Notes: generated from the sequence alone by a model not told the origin. A stretch of DNA of 64,000 nt from Candidatus Aenigmatarchaeota archaeon (GCA_963726265.1 CAVSBQ010000002.1:1024001-1088000); one strand, 5' to 3'. Counted from the stretch's first letter, positions 10,018-19,667 are shown. Made by a program: numbers and translations.

Positions 10018-10533
10018 TCAGAGCTCGACTGAAGGCGAGACTCTCGGGCAGACTTCGTTTATGACCTTGACCTTCGCGAGGGACCATGTGTCGTTTATCG
10101 AGGTCACATCCGCATCCAGTATCCAGTCATAGCCCGGCTTCAGCGGGTTGGCCTTGGTCCGCTGAGTTTCGCCGGTTATGTTGACCTCGGGATAGATTAT
10201 CAGCCTGGTGCCTGTGGAAGTAGTCATGGTCAGCTCCAGCGAGAAGTTGTAGAGGTTCTGCGAGCCGGTGTTTATTATCTTCACGCTCATGGTCCCGTTC
10301 GTGCCGCTGAAGTTCCAGACCGCGCCGGAGCTGCCGTAGTCGCTGTCGAAGCCGTATGCGGTCTGCCTGCAGACGATGTCCTGGTTCGCCCCGGTGGTGG
10401 CGCCTTCCGACGTCTCGGTCGCCAGCTTCATGGCCCACGGCCCCACCACCGCGGCCATGAGCACCACTATCGCTATGAGCATGATGGTGGAAATAATCTG
10501 CGATGCGCCTTTCCTTTCCATGGCATCCGCCAT
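10018..10533 (-). CDS. Archaeal type IV pilin-like protein
   Basis: Class III signal RKG/ASQIISTIMLIAIVVLMAAVV; IINTG motif; paired Cys. Confidence 0.85.
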   Translation of the reverse strand: MADAMERKGASQIISTIMLIAIVVLMAAVVGPWAMKLATETSEGATTGANQDIVCRQTAYGFDSDYGSSGAVWNFSGTNGTMSVKIINTGSQNLYNFSLELTMTTSTGTRLIIYPEVNITGETQRTKANPLKPGYDWILDADVTSINDTWSLAKVKVINEVCPRVSPSVEL

Positions 10534-10567
10534 TTTACACCCCGTTTCGCTCATCCCGCCAGTCATC

Positions 10568-11278
10568 TCAACCACCCTTTATGATTATAAAATCCTCGCC
10601 GGATTCGAGAATGAATTTTATCTCATACGTCAGGCCGTAATCGGACTCCATGTGCGCCGTGACCTCGCCGAACGGCAGGTAATAGCCCGAGCGCGTGAGC
10701 TTCGTGTAGCCGCTGCCCACGGACGACGTCGCGTCCTCGTCCAGCGTTATATCCAGGTATTCCAGCGGGAGCGTCTGGTTGAGGTCCTTCTGGTAGACAG
10801 ACAGCAGCACGTCGGAGATGTTGTAGCGCGTGTTGTTGCCCTCGGAGCCAATCCTTTTAAGACATGCCTTGATGTGCTCGTTCTCGAGGATGAACGCGTC
10901 CTGGCCGCGGCAGTCGCTCTCGTAGGCCTTGGTGTCGAGGTTGGAGCCGAAGAGCACGTTGCCGAAAGCCTGGAGCGTCCTCGGCGACATCACGGGGGAC
11001 GCGCATTCGTATTCCCAGTATATTGCGTCTTCATCGCCCTCCACGTGGATTTCGCCTTCTTCAACGTTCAGGTCTATGGTCCTTTTCGAGCCCTCGCCCT
11101 GCGAGGCGACTTTCTGCGTGAGCTCGTCCATTTTCACGAAGGAAGACTTCATCTTGTCCATGACGATGGAGCACTGCACCTTCTGTATGGTCGGCAGGGC
11201 TATCCAGTATACTATCGCGGTCGCGGCTATCAGGAAAGCCATGAACAGAACGCCAGAAATCAAGCTCAAGCCCTTCAT
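10568..11278 (-). CDS. Pilin-like protein with class III signal
   Basis: MKG/LSLISGVLFMAFLIAATAIVYW. Confidence 0.78.
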   Translation of the reverse strand: MKGLSLISGVLFMAFLIAATAIVYWIALPTIQKVQCSIVMDKMKSSFVKMDELTQKVASQGEGSKRTIDLNVEEGEIHVEGDEDAIYWEYECASPVMSPRTLQAFGNVLFGSNLDTKAYESDCRGQDAFILENEHIKACLKRIGSEGNNTRYNISDVLLSVYQKDLNQTLPLEYLDITLDEDATSSVGSGYTKLTRSGYYLPFGEVTAHMESDYGLTYEIKFILESGEDFIIIKGG

Positions 11279-11853
11279 GCCTTTATCTCCCCGGCCGCCT
11301 TGTTTCCCCCGTCGCTGATCTCGAGAAGCACCCAGAGGTTCGCCTTGAATTTCTCTAATAATAGATTCTTTTCGGTCGTATTAAAGTTTGCGCGGAGCTC
11401 GAATTCGGATGGCGGCGAAGCGAAGAGCGTGGAGTTTACCGCGCCGGAGCCGACGTAAAGATTCTTCACTTCGCCTGAGACGTTCAGGGTGATTTCGGCC
11501 GGATAGCCGAGGAAGTTGCCGGCGGTTACGTTGAGGTCGTCGCTCACGTTCTGCGTTATTATCCAGAGCACTTTGAGTTCAGCGTTCCTCTGGCCGGTCA
11601 GGTTCACGGCAAGGCCGGTGAAATTCGCGAGCACCTGCGACGGCGACGAAGAATTCATGCCGAAGTTGAAGGCCCTGGGATATTCCGCCAGTATGTTTTC
11701 GGACAGGTCGGATATCTGGTGGCCGCCCTGGACGGAATGCGACGGGGAGAAATAAAGCGATATGCCGACGTAGAACATCATGATGAGGAGGAACGCGCCT
11801 ATAAGGAAGAACTGCCCCTTCATCTCTCCATGTTTTCTTGTTGCCCTGTTCAT
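11275..11853 (-). CDS. Pilin-like protein with class III signal
   Basis: MKG/QFFLIGAFLLIMMF; many NxS/T sequons; 4-nt overlap with next gene. Confidence 0.78.
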   Translation of the reverse strand: MNRATRKHGEMKGQFFLIGAFLLIMMFYVGISLYFSPSHSVQGGHQISDLSENILAEYPRAFNFGMNSSSPSQVLANFTGLAVNLTGQRNAELKVLWIITQNVSDDLNVTAGNFLGYPAEITLNVSGEVKNLYVGSGAVNSTLFASPPSEFELRANFNTTEKNLLLEKFKANLWVLLEISDGGNKAAGEIKA

Positions 11854-11854
11854 G

Positions 11855-12244
11855 TCACCACCAGACGTAAAGCTTGACCTCGAGCGGCGCGTAGGTTTCG
11901 CTGCCCGCTATGACGTAACCCGAGACCACGATGTTGTCCGAGGACGGGTATTCACCCGTGCACGCTCCGCCCAGGCTGCATATCTGCACTGAGTGGTTGT
12001 ATGCGGGCATCTGGACGCCGGAGTTTATGGCGGCGTAATTGCCTGCGGCCGCGTAGGGCCTGAGAACGCCCCTGCTGTCCATCTCCTTAAGCAGCTGGTA
12101 GCCCGCCTCGGTCAGGCCGTTCTCGTCGGGCGCCGTGAAATAGACGCTGCCGGCTGACGCGAGGAAGAGCATGATTAACAGCACTGCAATGACGCTCTCA
12201 ACCATCCTCCACATGCCTTTCATGTTTTGCATATTCATCCCCAT
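11855..12244 (-). CDS. Pilin-like protein with class III signal
   Basis: MKG/MWRMVESVIAVLLIMLFL. Confidence 0.75.
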   Translation of the reverse strand: MGMNMQNMKGMWRMVESVIAVLLIMLFLASAGSVYFTAPDENGLTEAGYQLLKEMDSRGVLRPYAAAGNYAAINSGVQMPAYNHSVQICSLGGACTGEYPSSDNIVVSGYVIAGSETYAPLEVKLYVWW

Positions 12245-12915
12245 ACCGCGACCGTTATGTTCGCGTTCTCCGACGTCTCGAATAGCCTCGTTTCCGTCGT
12301 CTTTGAATAAACGTTAACCGCGCCTGAGGGCGGCGTCCTGCCGTAGCTCACATTCCCTGAAGCCGCCTGCAGCACCAGCCTGAAATGCATGTTAATGCCG
12401 AGCGCCTCCCTGAACTGCTCGTAGCTCGTGTTGGCCAGCTCGTATATTTTCGTGAGCGATGCCATTGCCTTTTTCTCGAAGGCCCACGGCACCGCGAGCT
12501 CCGAAGACGTTATGGCGAAAGTCCCGGTGCAGTTCAGCGTCGAGTTGACGTCCGCAGTGCGTATCCTGAAAACATTGAAGCCCTGCGCGAGGTCAGCCTG
12601 CCAGTAGACATCGTCGCCGTCTAATCTGCACGGCAGCGCAGTTTCGTTCGAAAGGACACGAGTCGAATTCCTCTCGCCCGAATACAGGAACGCCTTCGCC
12701 TTCAGTACGGCATCCGAAAGCGAAGCGCTGGAATTGTATTTCACGGGCGCTTCATAGACGCCGACCGAAACGAAAGCGATTATGTTTTCCCTCTGGGTTT
12801 CGGCCGCCACCTCGAAATTCGCGCCGTTTCCGCTGACGAGCGCGAAGTAATACGAGAAGCCGAACGCGGCAAAAACCATGAACAGCGATATGCCCACGAT
12901 CCAGTCTATGTCCAT
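12235..12915 (-). CDS. Pilin-like or pilus-associated membrane-anchored protein
   Basis: MDIDWIVGISLFMVFAAFGFSYY N-terminal helix; first gene of the overlapping run. Confidence 0.7.
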   Translation of the reverse strand: MDIDWIVGISLFMVFAAFGFSYYFALVSGNGANFEVAAETQRENIIAFVSVGVYEAPVKYNSSASLSDAVLKAKAFLYSGERNSTRVLSNETALPCRLDGDDVYWQADLAQGFNVFRIRTADVNSTLNCTGTFAITSSELAVPWAFEKKAMASLTKIYELANTSYEQFREALGINMHFRLVLQAASGNVSYGRTPPSGAVNVYSKTTETRLFETSENANITVAVWG

Positions 12916-13121
12916 GCTTAATAGATGGGCGAGCCCGAATAAAAACAATCCGGGAAATTTGCGGATTTTTATTTCGCATGCGGGAAGCGCTGAAAATGCC
13001 GCCATGCCATCACCGCCGAGCGGTTTTGGCCATAAACATTTAAATACTCGCTACATAATTTAATTAGAAAACAAACATACGGAAACGAAATTTAAGAAAA
13101 TTTTAAAATGGAGGTGTCGGG

Positions 13122-13409
13122 ATGGCTGCAAGAAAGAAATATTACATTCTGAAGAAAGGCAGTAAACTTTCAGTGTTTACAGGAAGGTCGCCAAGGCAGG
13201 CGGCTTTGAAAGCAGCTGCGAGGGGAATAGCTGACATCCGGCTCAGGGAGAGGGGAAGAAGGAACAAGGACAGGACATACACCATACACGTCTTCAAGGG
13301 AAGCGTGAGGGTTGTGGACGCCCCTGAGAAGAGACCCGAGTGGCTGCCGGCAAGAATCAAGAAGGCCTTTGTGAAGAAAGTCGGCATAGAAAAGGTCAAC
13401 AGAATCTGA
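13122..13409 (+). CDS. Non-histone chromosomal protein MC1 family
   Basis: VFTGRSPRQAALKAA, IRLRERG, HVFKG, PEWLP, VKKVGIE; GGAGGTG SD. Confidence 0.92.
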   Translation: MAARKKYYILKKGSKLSVFTGRSPRQAALKAAARGIADIRLRERGRRNKDRTYTIHVFKGSVRVVDAPEKRPEWLPARIKKAFVKKVGIEKVNRI

Positions 13410-13428
13410 TCGCAAAGCTTTGAATTTC

Positions 13429-13464
13429 AGGCCTGTTATTTTTACAGGCCTTCATTTTTCTTTT
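13429..13464 (+). terminator. Hairpin plus T-tract after MC1
   Basis: AGGCCTGT-7nt-ACAGGCCT followed by TCATTTTTCTTTT. Confidence 0.65.
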
Positions 13465-13533
13465 ATCACGTTTTCTGAAAACACAATAAACTACATCTGA
13501 AAAACTGGAATTAACTGAAACAGAATTCAGGTT

Positions 13534-14826
13534 TCACCAGCAGAGGCCGTCGAACTTCGTGACCTTCGTCCTGTCGAGAATTCTTCTGCCTTCCAGAATT
13601 ATTTTTCCCTTCATCCTGGCGAAATCCCTGTCCGAAAGGCGTTTGAACTCGTTCCACTCGGTCGCGACAACGCACGCGTCGCTTCCGCTGAGCGCGTCCT
13701 GCGCGCTCTTCGCATATTCGATGTCCGGGAAAACGCGTCTCATGTTTTCCGCCGCCATCGGGTCATATGCTTTGACTTTCGCCCCCTTCCTGAGCAGTTC
13801 ACTGATTATCGAGATGGATGAAGCCTCGCGGATGTCGTCTGAGTCGGGCTTGAACGCCAGGCCGAGCACGCAGACGGTCTTGTTTTTCAGGCTGCCCATT
13901 TTGCTTTCAAGCTGCTCCACAAGCCTGACCTTCTGCTTCTTGTTTAGATCATGAACCTCTTCCAGAAGTTTCGGCTCGTAACCAAGTTCGTTCGCTTTCG
14001 CTATCAGCGCTTCCACGTCCTTCGGGAAGCACGAGCCGCCGTAACCAGCGCCTGCGTTGAGGAAATGGGGCGAAATCCTTTTATCAAGGCCGACGCCCTT
14101 CATGACATCGTAAACATCAATCCCCAGTTTTTTGCAGATGTTGCCTATCTCGTTCGCGAACGAAATCTTAGTCGCGAGGAACGCGTTGCTCGCGTATTTT
14201 ATCATCTCCGCGGTCTTTATGTCCGTCCTCAGGCGCGGAGCCTTGAAATTGGCGTAGAGTTTTTCCGCCACGTCTCCGGACCTCTTGTCGAGCGAGCCGA
14301 TGACGATTCTGTCGGGGTTCAGGAAATCCTCGATAGCCTTCCCCTCTTTCAGGAACTCCGGGTTCATGCAGAGGCCGAAATCCTTCCCGGCCTTCTTGCC
14401 CGACGCCCTCTCGATGTTTTTCAGCACGACGTCTTCGGTCGTGCCGGGCACGACGGTTGATTTGACGACAATAACATGATAAGCTTTCTTCCTTCGCAAA
14501 ACCTCGCCTATCTGGCGGCTGGCCGACTCGACGTATTTCAGGTCGATGGAGCCGTCCTCCCTCGAAGGCGTGCCGACGGAGATGAAGCTTATTTCGGTCT
14601 TCTCCACCGCGCCGGCGAAATCGATGGTCGCAACGAGCTTTTTGTTTTTGAGGACCTTTTTCAGGTAGTCTTCCAGCAGCGGCTCGTAGATTGGCGATAC
14701 CCCTCGGTTTATCTGCTCCACCTTGCGCTGGTCAATGTCGACGCAGATGACTTCGTTGCCTTTGACCGCGAAGCCAACGCCCGTCGAAAGCCCGACATAC
14801 CCGGTCCCTATCATAGATATTTTCAT
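13534..14826 (-). CDS. ugd: UDP-glucose/GDP-mannose dehydrogenase
   Basis: IGTGYVGL, KSTVVPGTT, NPEFLKEG, KYASNAFLATKISFANE, GYGGSCFPKD. Confidence 0.95.
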   Translation of the reverse strand: MKISMIGTGYVGLSTGVGFAVKGNEVICVDIDQRKVEQINRGVSPIYEPLLEDYLKKVLKNKKLVATIDFAGAVEKTEISFISVGTPSREDGSIDLKYVESASRQIGEVLRRKKAYHVIVVKSTVVPGTTEDVVLKNIERASGKKAGKDFGLCMNPEFLKEGKAIEDFLNPDRIVIGSLDKRSGDVAEKLYANFKAPRLRTDIKTAEMIKYASNAFLATKISFANEIGNICKKLGIDVYDVMKGVGLDKRISPHFLNAGAGYGGSCFPKDVEALIAKANELGYEPKLLEEVHDLNKKQKVRLVEQLESKMGSLKNKTVCVLGLAFKPDSDDIREASSISIISELLRKGAKVKAYDPMAAENMRRVFPDIEYAKSAQDALSGSDACVVATEWNEFKRLSDRDFARMKGKIILEGRRILDRTKVTKFDGLCW

Positions 14827-14870
14827 AGGAATCAAATCAGTCAAATTTATCCCGTTCTGTTTTCAGCCGT

Positions 14871-15692
14871 TCACCCGAAAATCTCCCTGTATTCAGGCAC
14901 GACGTCCTCCGAGAACTTCACTATCCCCTCGAAGGTCTTCGGATGCTTTATCATGTCTTCCAGGACTTCGAAGGGCACGGTAGCGATGTCCGCGCCTATC
15001 TCGGCGACCTCCCTGACTTGCCTCGCGTTCCTTAGCGAGGCCGCGATGATTCTCGTGCGTATGCCGTATTTGTCGAATATGGCCTTCGTCTTCTTCACCA
15101 GTTCGACTCCGCTGGTTATGCCCCTGTCCTCCGCGAGCTTCCCGTCCTTGTGCTTCCCTCCTGCGGGGAAGTAGTCGGCCTTGCCGAACTCCTCGCCGAG
15201 GTTCTTGCGGATGAAGTCGTCTATCCTGCCCGCGAACGGGCTTACATATTTAGCGCCAGCCTTGCCCGCCAGGAGCGCCTGCTCGGGTGTCATGACCAGC
15301 GTGGCGTTCACGGGGATTTTCTTTTTGCTCAGGGCGGTTATCGCCTTCAGGCCCTCGTAATGCGCCTCGCCTTCGTGGCGAGAAGTGCTCACGGGGATCT
15401 TTATGACGACGTTGCCCGCGACCTGGTTGAACTTCCTGTAAAGCAGCTCCGCTTCCCTGACCATGTCTTCCGCTTTCAAACTCACCACTTCCAGGCTGAC
15501 GGGATTCCCCCTGCCAGCGGTCTCGCATAGCATCTTTATGTAGCCTTCCATGTCTATCTGCTTCCCTTCGCCTTTCATGCCAGCGACCGCCTTCTTGATG
15601 AGCGAAGGGTTCGTGGTCACGCCGTCGCACACGCCGTATTCCTTCGCCTTGCGTATCTCGTTGATATCCGCCGAATCGACATATATTTCCAT
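14871..15692 (-). CDS. tal: Transaldolase (TalC/FSA family)
   Basis: YVDSA, GVTTNPSLI, VVIKIP, NATLV, YVSPFAGRIDD, IIAASLR. Confidence 0.92.
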   Translation of the reverse strand: MEIYVDSADINEIRKAKEYGVCDGVTTNPSLIKKAVAGMKGEGKQIDMEGYIKMLCETAGRGNPVSLEVVSLKAEDMVREAELLYRKFNQVAGNVVIKIPVSTSRHEGEAHYEGLKAITALSKKKIPVNATLVMTPEQALLAGKAGAKYVSPFAGRIDDFIRKNLGEEFGKADYFPAGGKHKDGKLAEDRGITSGVELVKKTKAIFDKYGIRTRIIAASLRNARQVREVAEIGADIATVPFEVLEDMIKHPKTFEGIVKFSEDVVPEYREIFG

Positions 15693-15702
15693 AACATCAC
15701 CT

Positions 15703-16365
15703 TCAAACATTCGAAGCGCTGTCTGCCCTCTCCCTTATGAGCCTGAGCATCTTTGCAGGGTCATCGCTGCCGAATATCGCCGACCCGGCGACTAGCACGC
15801 TCGCGCCGGCTTTCGCGGCGTCAGCGCAGTTGTCCTTGTTTATGCCGCCGTCGACTTCGATCTCGAAGCCGAGATTTTTGGCCGCTGCGATGTCCCTGAG
15901 CTTCGTTACCTTCGGAAGCGCCTGAGGCATGAACTGTTGACCACCAAACCCAGGTTCGACCGTCATTATCAGGACCAGGTCGACGCTGGAGAGCACGCCT
16001 TCAATCGCCCTCACATCGGTCCCGGGTTTTATGGAGACGCCTACCCTGCATCCGGCCTTCCTGACCGCGTCTATCGCCGCCCTCAGATTCGCACACGCCT
16101 CGGCATGTATGGTTATGAAGTCCGCGCCCGCCTTGGCGAACGCTTCCACGTATTTTTCCGGATGCTCGATCATGAGGTGGACGTCGAGAACCTGCTTCGT
16201 TATCCTGCGCAGCGCTTTCACTACTAGCGGGCCTATCGTTATGTTCTTTACGAAGTGCCCGTCCATGACGTCGATGTGCAGCCACTCCGCTTCCCTGACC
16301 TTGCCGATTTCCTTCGCTAAACAGGAGAAATCTGCCGAAAGGATGGAAGGCGCTATCTTGACCAT
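15703..16365 (-). CDS. rpe: Ribulose-phosphate 3-epimerase
   Basis: IAPSILSAD, HIDVMDGHFV, DVHLMI, MTVEPGFGGQ, VDGGIN. Confidence 0.96.
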   Translation of the reverse strand: MVKIAPSILSADFSCLAKEIGKVREAEWLHIDVMDGHFVKNITIGPLVVKALRRITKQVLDVHLMIEHPEKYVEAFAKAGADFITIHAEACANLRAAIDAVRKAGCRVGVSIKPGTDVRAIEGVLSSVDLVLIMTVEPGFGGQQFMPQALPKVTKLRDIAAAKNLGFEIEVDGGINKDNCADAAKAGASVLVAGSAIFGSDDPAKMLRLIRERADSASNV

Positions 16366-16466
16366 TTTAGAGAATTGCCGTCCTGCTTTAAAAATCAAAT
16401 GAGACATGGGCGAGGCATTATGGCTTTAAAAAATTTACTTCCAATTTAAATCTTAAAGGTGTCGGA

Positions 16467-16784
16467 ATGCCAGGAATATCACAGACAGAAGATGGTAACG
16501 TCAGAATCCCCGTTGAACGCAGGTTTGAACGGCATCCCAGATATCCGCACAAATTCACCTTCAGGCCTTATGCCATTCTCGGAGAAGGCTCCGAAGCCGT
16601 TGAGATAGCTGCAGACTTCGGTCCGATAGGACGTAGCGAAAGTTATAAATGGTATTTTAAAATCCAAGGCGAGCAATATCCAGTCCTCTCAGAGGGCATC
16701 CCCGTGCTCAACGAAAGGAATCATCACATATTCCTGAAAGGCGATGTTTATAAAAAATTGATCCAACATCCTGCTGAAAAATAA
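16467..16784 (+). CDS. Orphan hypothetical protein
   Basis: 105-aa ORF with AGGTG SD and upstream TATA. Confidence 0.65.
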   Translation: MPGISQTEDGNVRIPVERRFERHPRYPHKFTFRPYAILGEGSEAVEIAADFGPIGRSESYKWYFKIQGEQYPVLSEGIPVLNERNHHIFLKGDVYKKLIQHPAEK

Positions 16785-16822
16785 AATTATCAATTTTTAT
16801 AGAGGCAGGCGAAACTATTAGC

Positions 16823-17279
16823 ATGAAGATTGCTATAGGTTCCGATCATGCAGGCTTTGAGCTGAAGGAAAAGCTCAAGGAATTTCTTACAGTCGAACGG
16901 CTACCACTTCGAGGACTTCGGCACGAATTCGACGGATGCGACTGACTACCCGGAATACGCGAAGAAGGTCGCGGAAGCCGTGCTTGGCGGATTCGAGTTC
17001 GGGATTCTCATATGCGGCTCCGGGATCGGGATGAGCATCGCCGCGAACAAGTTCCCCGGCATCCGCGCTGCGTTCTGCATGAACCACGACCTTGCGAAGG
17101 CTAGCCGCGAGCACAACAACGCGAACGTCCTGACGCTCGGCGCGAGGTTCACGACCGACCTGGAAGCTAAGAAGATAGTGAAGGCGTTCTTGGAGACGAA
17201 ATTCAGCGGGGAAGAGCGCCACATAAACCGGCTGAAGAAGCTCGCGGAAATCGAGACGATTTTCCAGGCGAGGAAATAG
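16823..17279 (+). pseudogene. rpiB: Ribose-5-phosphate isomerase B with +1 frameshift near 16885 (probably an intact gene with a sequencing error)
   Basis: MKIAIGSDHAGFELKEKLKEF, then in the +1 frame QSNGYHFEDFG...DYPEYA...LICGSGIGM...SREHNNANVL; removing one T from GAATTTCTTA restores the ORF. Confidence 0.9.
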
Positions 17280-17347
17280 CGGGCACCAGCCGCAGAAGAT
17301 AGCTTTTTATAGTATGATTAAATAATACTTGGTATGAAGGTGGCGGC

Positions 17348-18190
17348 ATGAAAGAGAGAATAACGCTCACGATAGACAGGAAAATTCTGAACAGGCTCGA
17401 CACGATGGTCGATGGCCTTGACGTCCGCAACCGTTCGCATGCGATAGAGCTCGTGCTTTCGAAATACCTCAGCATGCGCGAGTTGAAGACCGCGCTGATT
17501 CTGTGCGGCGGCGAGGGCACGCGGCTGCGACCGATAACCTACGAGATTCCCAAGACGCTCGTCCCCATACAGGGCAGGCCGCTCATAGAGCACATGTTCG
17601 ACCTGCTCAGGAAATACGGCGTAAGCGACGTCATTCTCTCCGTAGGGTATCTCAAGGAAAAGATAATCGCCAAGAAGGGCAACTGGTCGAACCTGGGCAT
17701 GGACATCTCCTTCGTCGAGGAGTCGCTTCCCCTGGGCACGGGCGGGCCGCTCAGGCTCGCGAAGGAGCGGCTTAACAAGACGTTCATCGTTTCGAATGGC
17801 GACGAGCTCATGGACATCAACATAGCGCAGATGTACGAGGCGCACAAGAGGAACAGGGCGCTGGTCACCATCGCCCTGACGACGATAGAGGACCCGACCC
17901 AGTACGGAGTCGCGCGCCTCGAGGGCGGCAAGATAATCGAGTTCGTCGAGAAGCCAAGCAAAGGCAGGGCGCCCTCGAACCTCATAAACGCCGGCTTCTA
18001 CATAATGGAGCCGGAGGTCGTCGAGATGATACCCAAAGGCGCATGCTCGCTAGAGAACGAGATCTTTCCCAAGCTCGCGAAGATGGGCAGGCTGTTCGGC
18101 TTCCCGTTCGCCGGCCAGTGGTTCGACGCGGGCACGCTGGAGCGCTACGACAAGGCGCTGAAGGGCTGGAAGGGCGTCAGGACGGATTAA
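17348..18190 (+). CDS. Sugar-phosphate nucleotidyltransferase with N-terminal ribbon-helix-helix domain
   Basis: RITLTID...RNRSHAIE (RHH); ALILCGGEGTRLRPITYEIPK, LGTGG, FVEKP, INAGFY. Confidence 0.9.
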   Translation: MKERITLTIDRKILNRLDTMVDGLDVRNRSHAIELVLSKYLSMRELKTALILCGGEGTRLRPITYEIPKTLVPIQGRPLIEHMFDLLRKYGVSDVILSVGYLKEKIIAKKGNWSNLGMDISFVEESLPLGTGGPLRLAKERLNKTFIVSNGDELMDINIAQMYEAHKRNRALVTIALTTIEDPTQYGVARLEGGKIIEFVEKPSKGRAPSNLINAGFYIMEPEVVEMIPKGACSLENEIFPKLAKMGRLFGFPFAGQWFDAGTLERYDKALKGWKGVRTD

Positions 18191-18211
18191 AAAACAGTCT
18201 ATAACCATATC

Positions 18212-18577
18212 TTATTTGCTATATTTTTCAATTTCCTCTTCGACAAGTTTTAAACGATTTTTTGCAATTCTGAGATGCCTTTTAAAATTATCCATAAGTT
18301 CGATTGCACGTTTCTCTCCAAAGTCATGTTGCTTTAGCAGGTCAATGGCGGTCGTGCAGCTTTCGATATAATGAAGAGCATATATTTCACAATCATCTAT
18401 TTCATCTTCAACATAGCATTTTTTACTCACTGTTAATTTTCCCGAAGATATCCATTTTATGTCTATGGTTATCTGGCCTGGCGGAGGGTTGCTTTCTAAG
18501 CGGGCTCTAAGTTCTTCGAACCTTCTTTCGAAATAACTCTTTACGACGTCCATGTTGATGTTTCTGTATTTTTCCAT
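18212..18577 (-). CDS. AT-rich orphan hypothetical protein
   Basis: 121-aa ORF with TATA ~25 nt upstream. Confidence 0.65.
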   Translation of the reverse strand: MEKYRNINMDVVKSYFERRFEELRARLESNPPPGQITIDIKWISSGKLTVSKKCYVEDEIDDCEIYALHYIESCTTAIDLLKQHDFGEKRAIELMDNFKRHLRIAKNRLKLVEEEIEKYSK

Positions 18578-18740
18578 AAAGCAGATTTGGAGCTAAAATT
18601 TAAATATACTACTTTTAAGTAGAATATGATTAAAACTCATAATTTCAAAACCCAGAATCGAAAAGAGGCACATATTTAAACCAATATCATTATATATAAG
18701 GAATATAATACGGATGACAGCGTGATTTCAGAGTGATATT

Positions 18741-19265
18741 ATGGGCATAAGACCTGCGAAGTGCTACAGGAAGCTTGAGAGGCCGAATACGCGAATCTCG
18801 ATATCCAAGCCGAAGAAAGGGTATGTGAAAGGTGTTCCGCCGTCGAAGATACACAGGTTCGACGCGGGCGTCAACAAGCCCGAGTTCACGTTGAGCATGT
18901 TCCTTGTCGCCAAGAACGCGGTCCAGATCAGGAGCAACGCGCTTGAGGCCATGAGGCTGGCTGCTTCCAAGACGATGGAAAAGCCGCTCGGGCCGGACGG
19001 CTATTTCGTCAGGCTGCTCATTTTCCCGCACCACGTCCTCAGGGAGAATCCTCTAGCGACGGGAGCAGGAGCGGACAGGTTCCAGACGGGCATGCGCCAA
19101 TCGTTTGGCAGGCCCATAGGGACCGCGGCGCGCATAACGAAAAACCAGCGGATTCTCGAGGCGAGGATTGCGCCGGCGAACGAAATGGCATGCAGGAAGG
19201 CGCTGAAAGTCGCTTCTTCGAAGGTGCCTAGTCCATGCTACGTAGTCCGGGTAGAAAGGAAATAA
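18741..19265 (+). CDS. rpl10e: 50S ribosomal protein uL16 (L10e)
   Basis: RPAKCYR, QIRSNALEA, HVLREN, GADRFQTGMRQSFGRP. Confidence 0.97.
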   Translation: MGIRPAKCYRKLERPNTRISISKPKKGYVKGVPPSKIHRFDAGVNKPEFTLSMFLVAKNAVQIRSNALEAMRLAASKTMEKPLGPDGYFVRLLIFPHHVLRENPLATGAGADRFQTGMRQSFGRPIGTAARITKNQRILEARIAPANEMACRKALKVASSKVPSPCYVVRVERK

Positions 19266-19275
19266 AAATAAAAAA

Positions 19276-19295
19276 GGGAAACGTTACCGTTTCCC
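19276..19295 (-). terminator. Hairpin between convergent genes, T-tract on minus strand
   Basis: GGGAAACG-TTAC-CGTTTCCC preceded by an A-run. Confidence 0.6.
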
Positions 19296-19315
19296 CGTTC
19301 AACGCTTTTTCTAAC

Positions 19316-19579
19316 CTATCTTATTAGGCCAGCAAACACTGCCCAAAGCACCCCGACCAATAAGAAGAGCCACCCGAGAAATTCGAACAGGTATAAACCG
19401 TAGATTCCGACTCCTCCTGCCAGTGCGAGGAAGCTAGCGTTGAACGCCAACGCCAACAAGAAGAAAATCCCCGCGGCTGCGATAAAGTTAAACTGTCTCT
19501 CTGCTTTAGTGCGGATTTTTGCGTATTCTGCGAATACTGGTGCGAGCAATGTCGCAATGGCGAACCATACGTCTACCAT
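19316..19579 (-). CDS. Small membrane protein with 3 TM helices
   Basis: 87 hydrophobic aa; GGGGTG SD. Confidence 0.8.
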   Translation of the reverse strand: MVDVWFAIATLLAPVFAEYAKIRTKAERQFNFIAAAGIFFLLALAFNASFLALAGGVGIYGLYLFEFLGWLFLLVGVLWAVFAGLIR

Positions 19580-19667
19580 ATTGACACCCCTTAATTAAAT
19601 ATTTGCCGCCGACCCCCATATAAATGTTAGCCCGGGCCCAAAGCGGCCCTGGGCCGGCCGGAACGGC

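Noticed and set aside
16881..16895. Programmed frameshifting in rpiB
   Set aside because: No shared slippery sequence or stimulatory structure across the frameshifted genes; assembly error is simpler.
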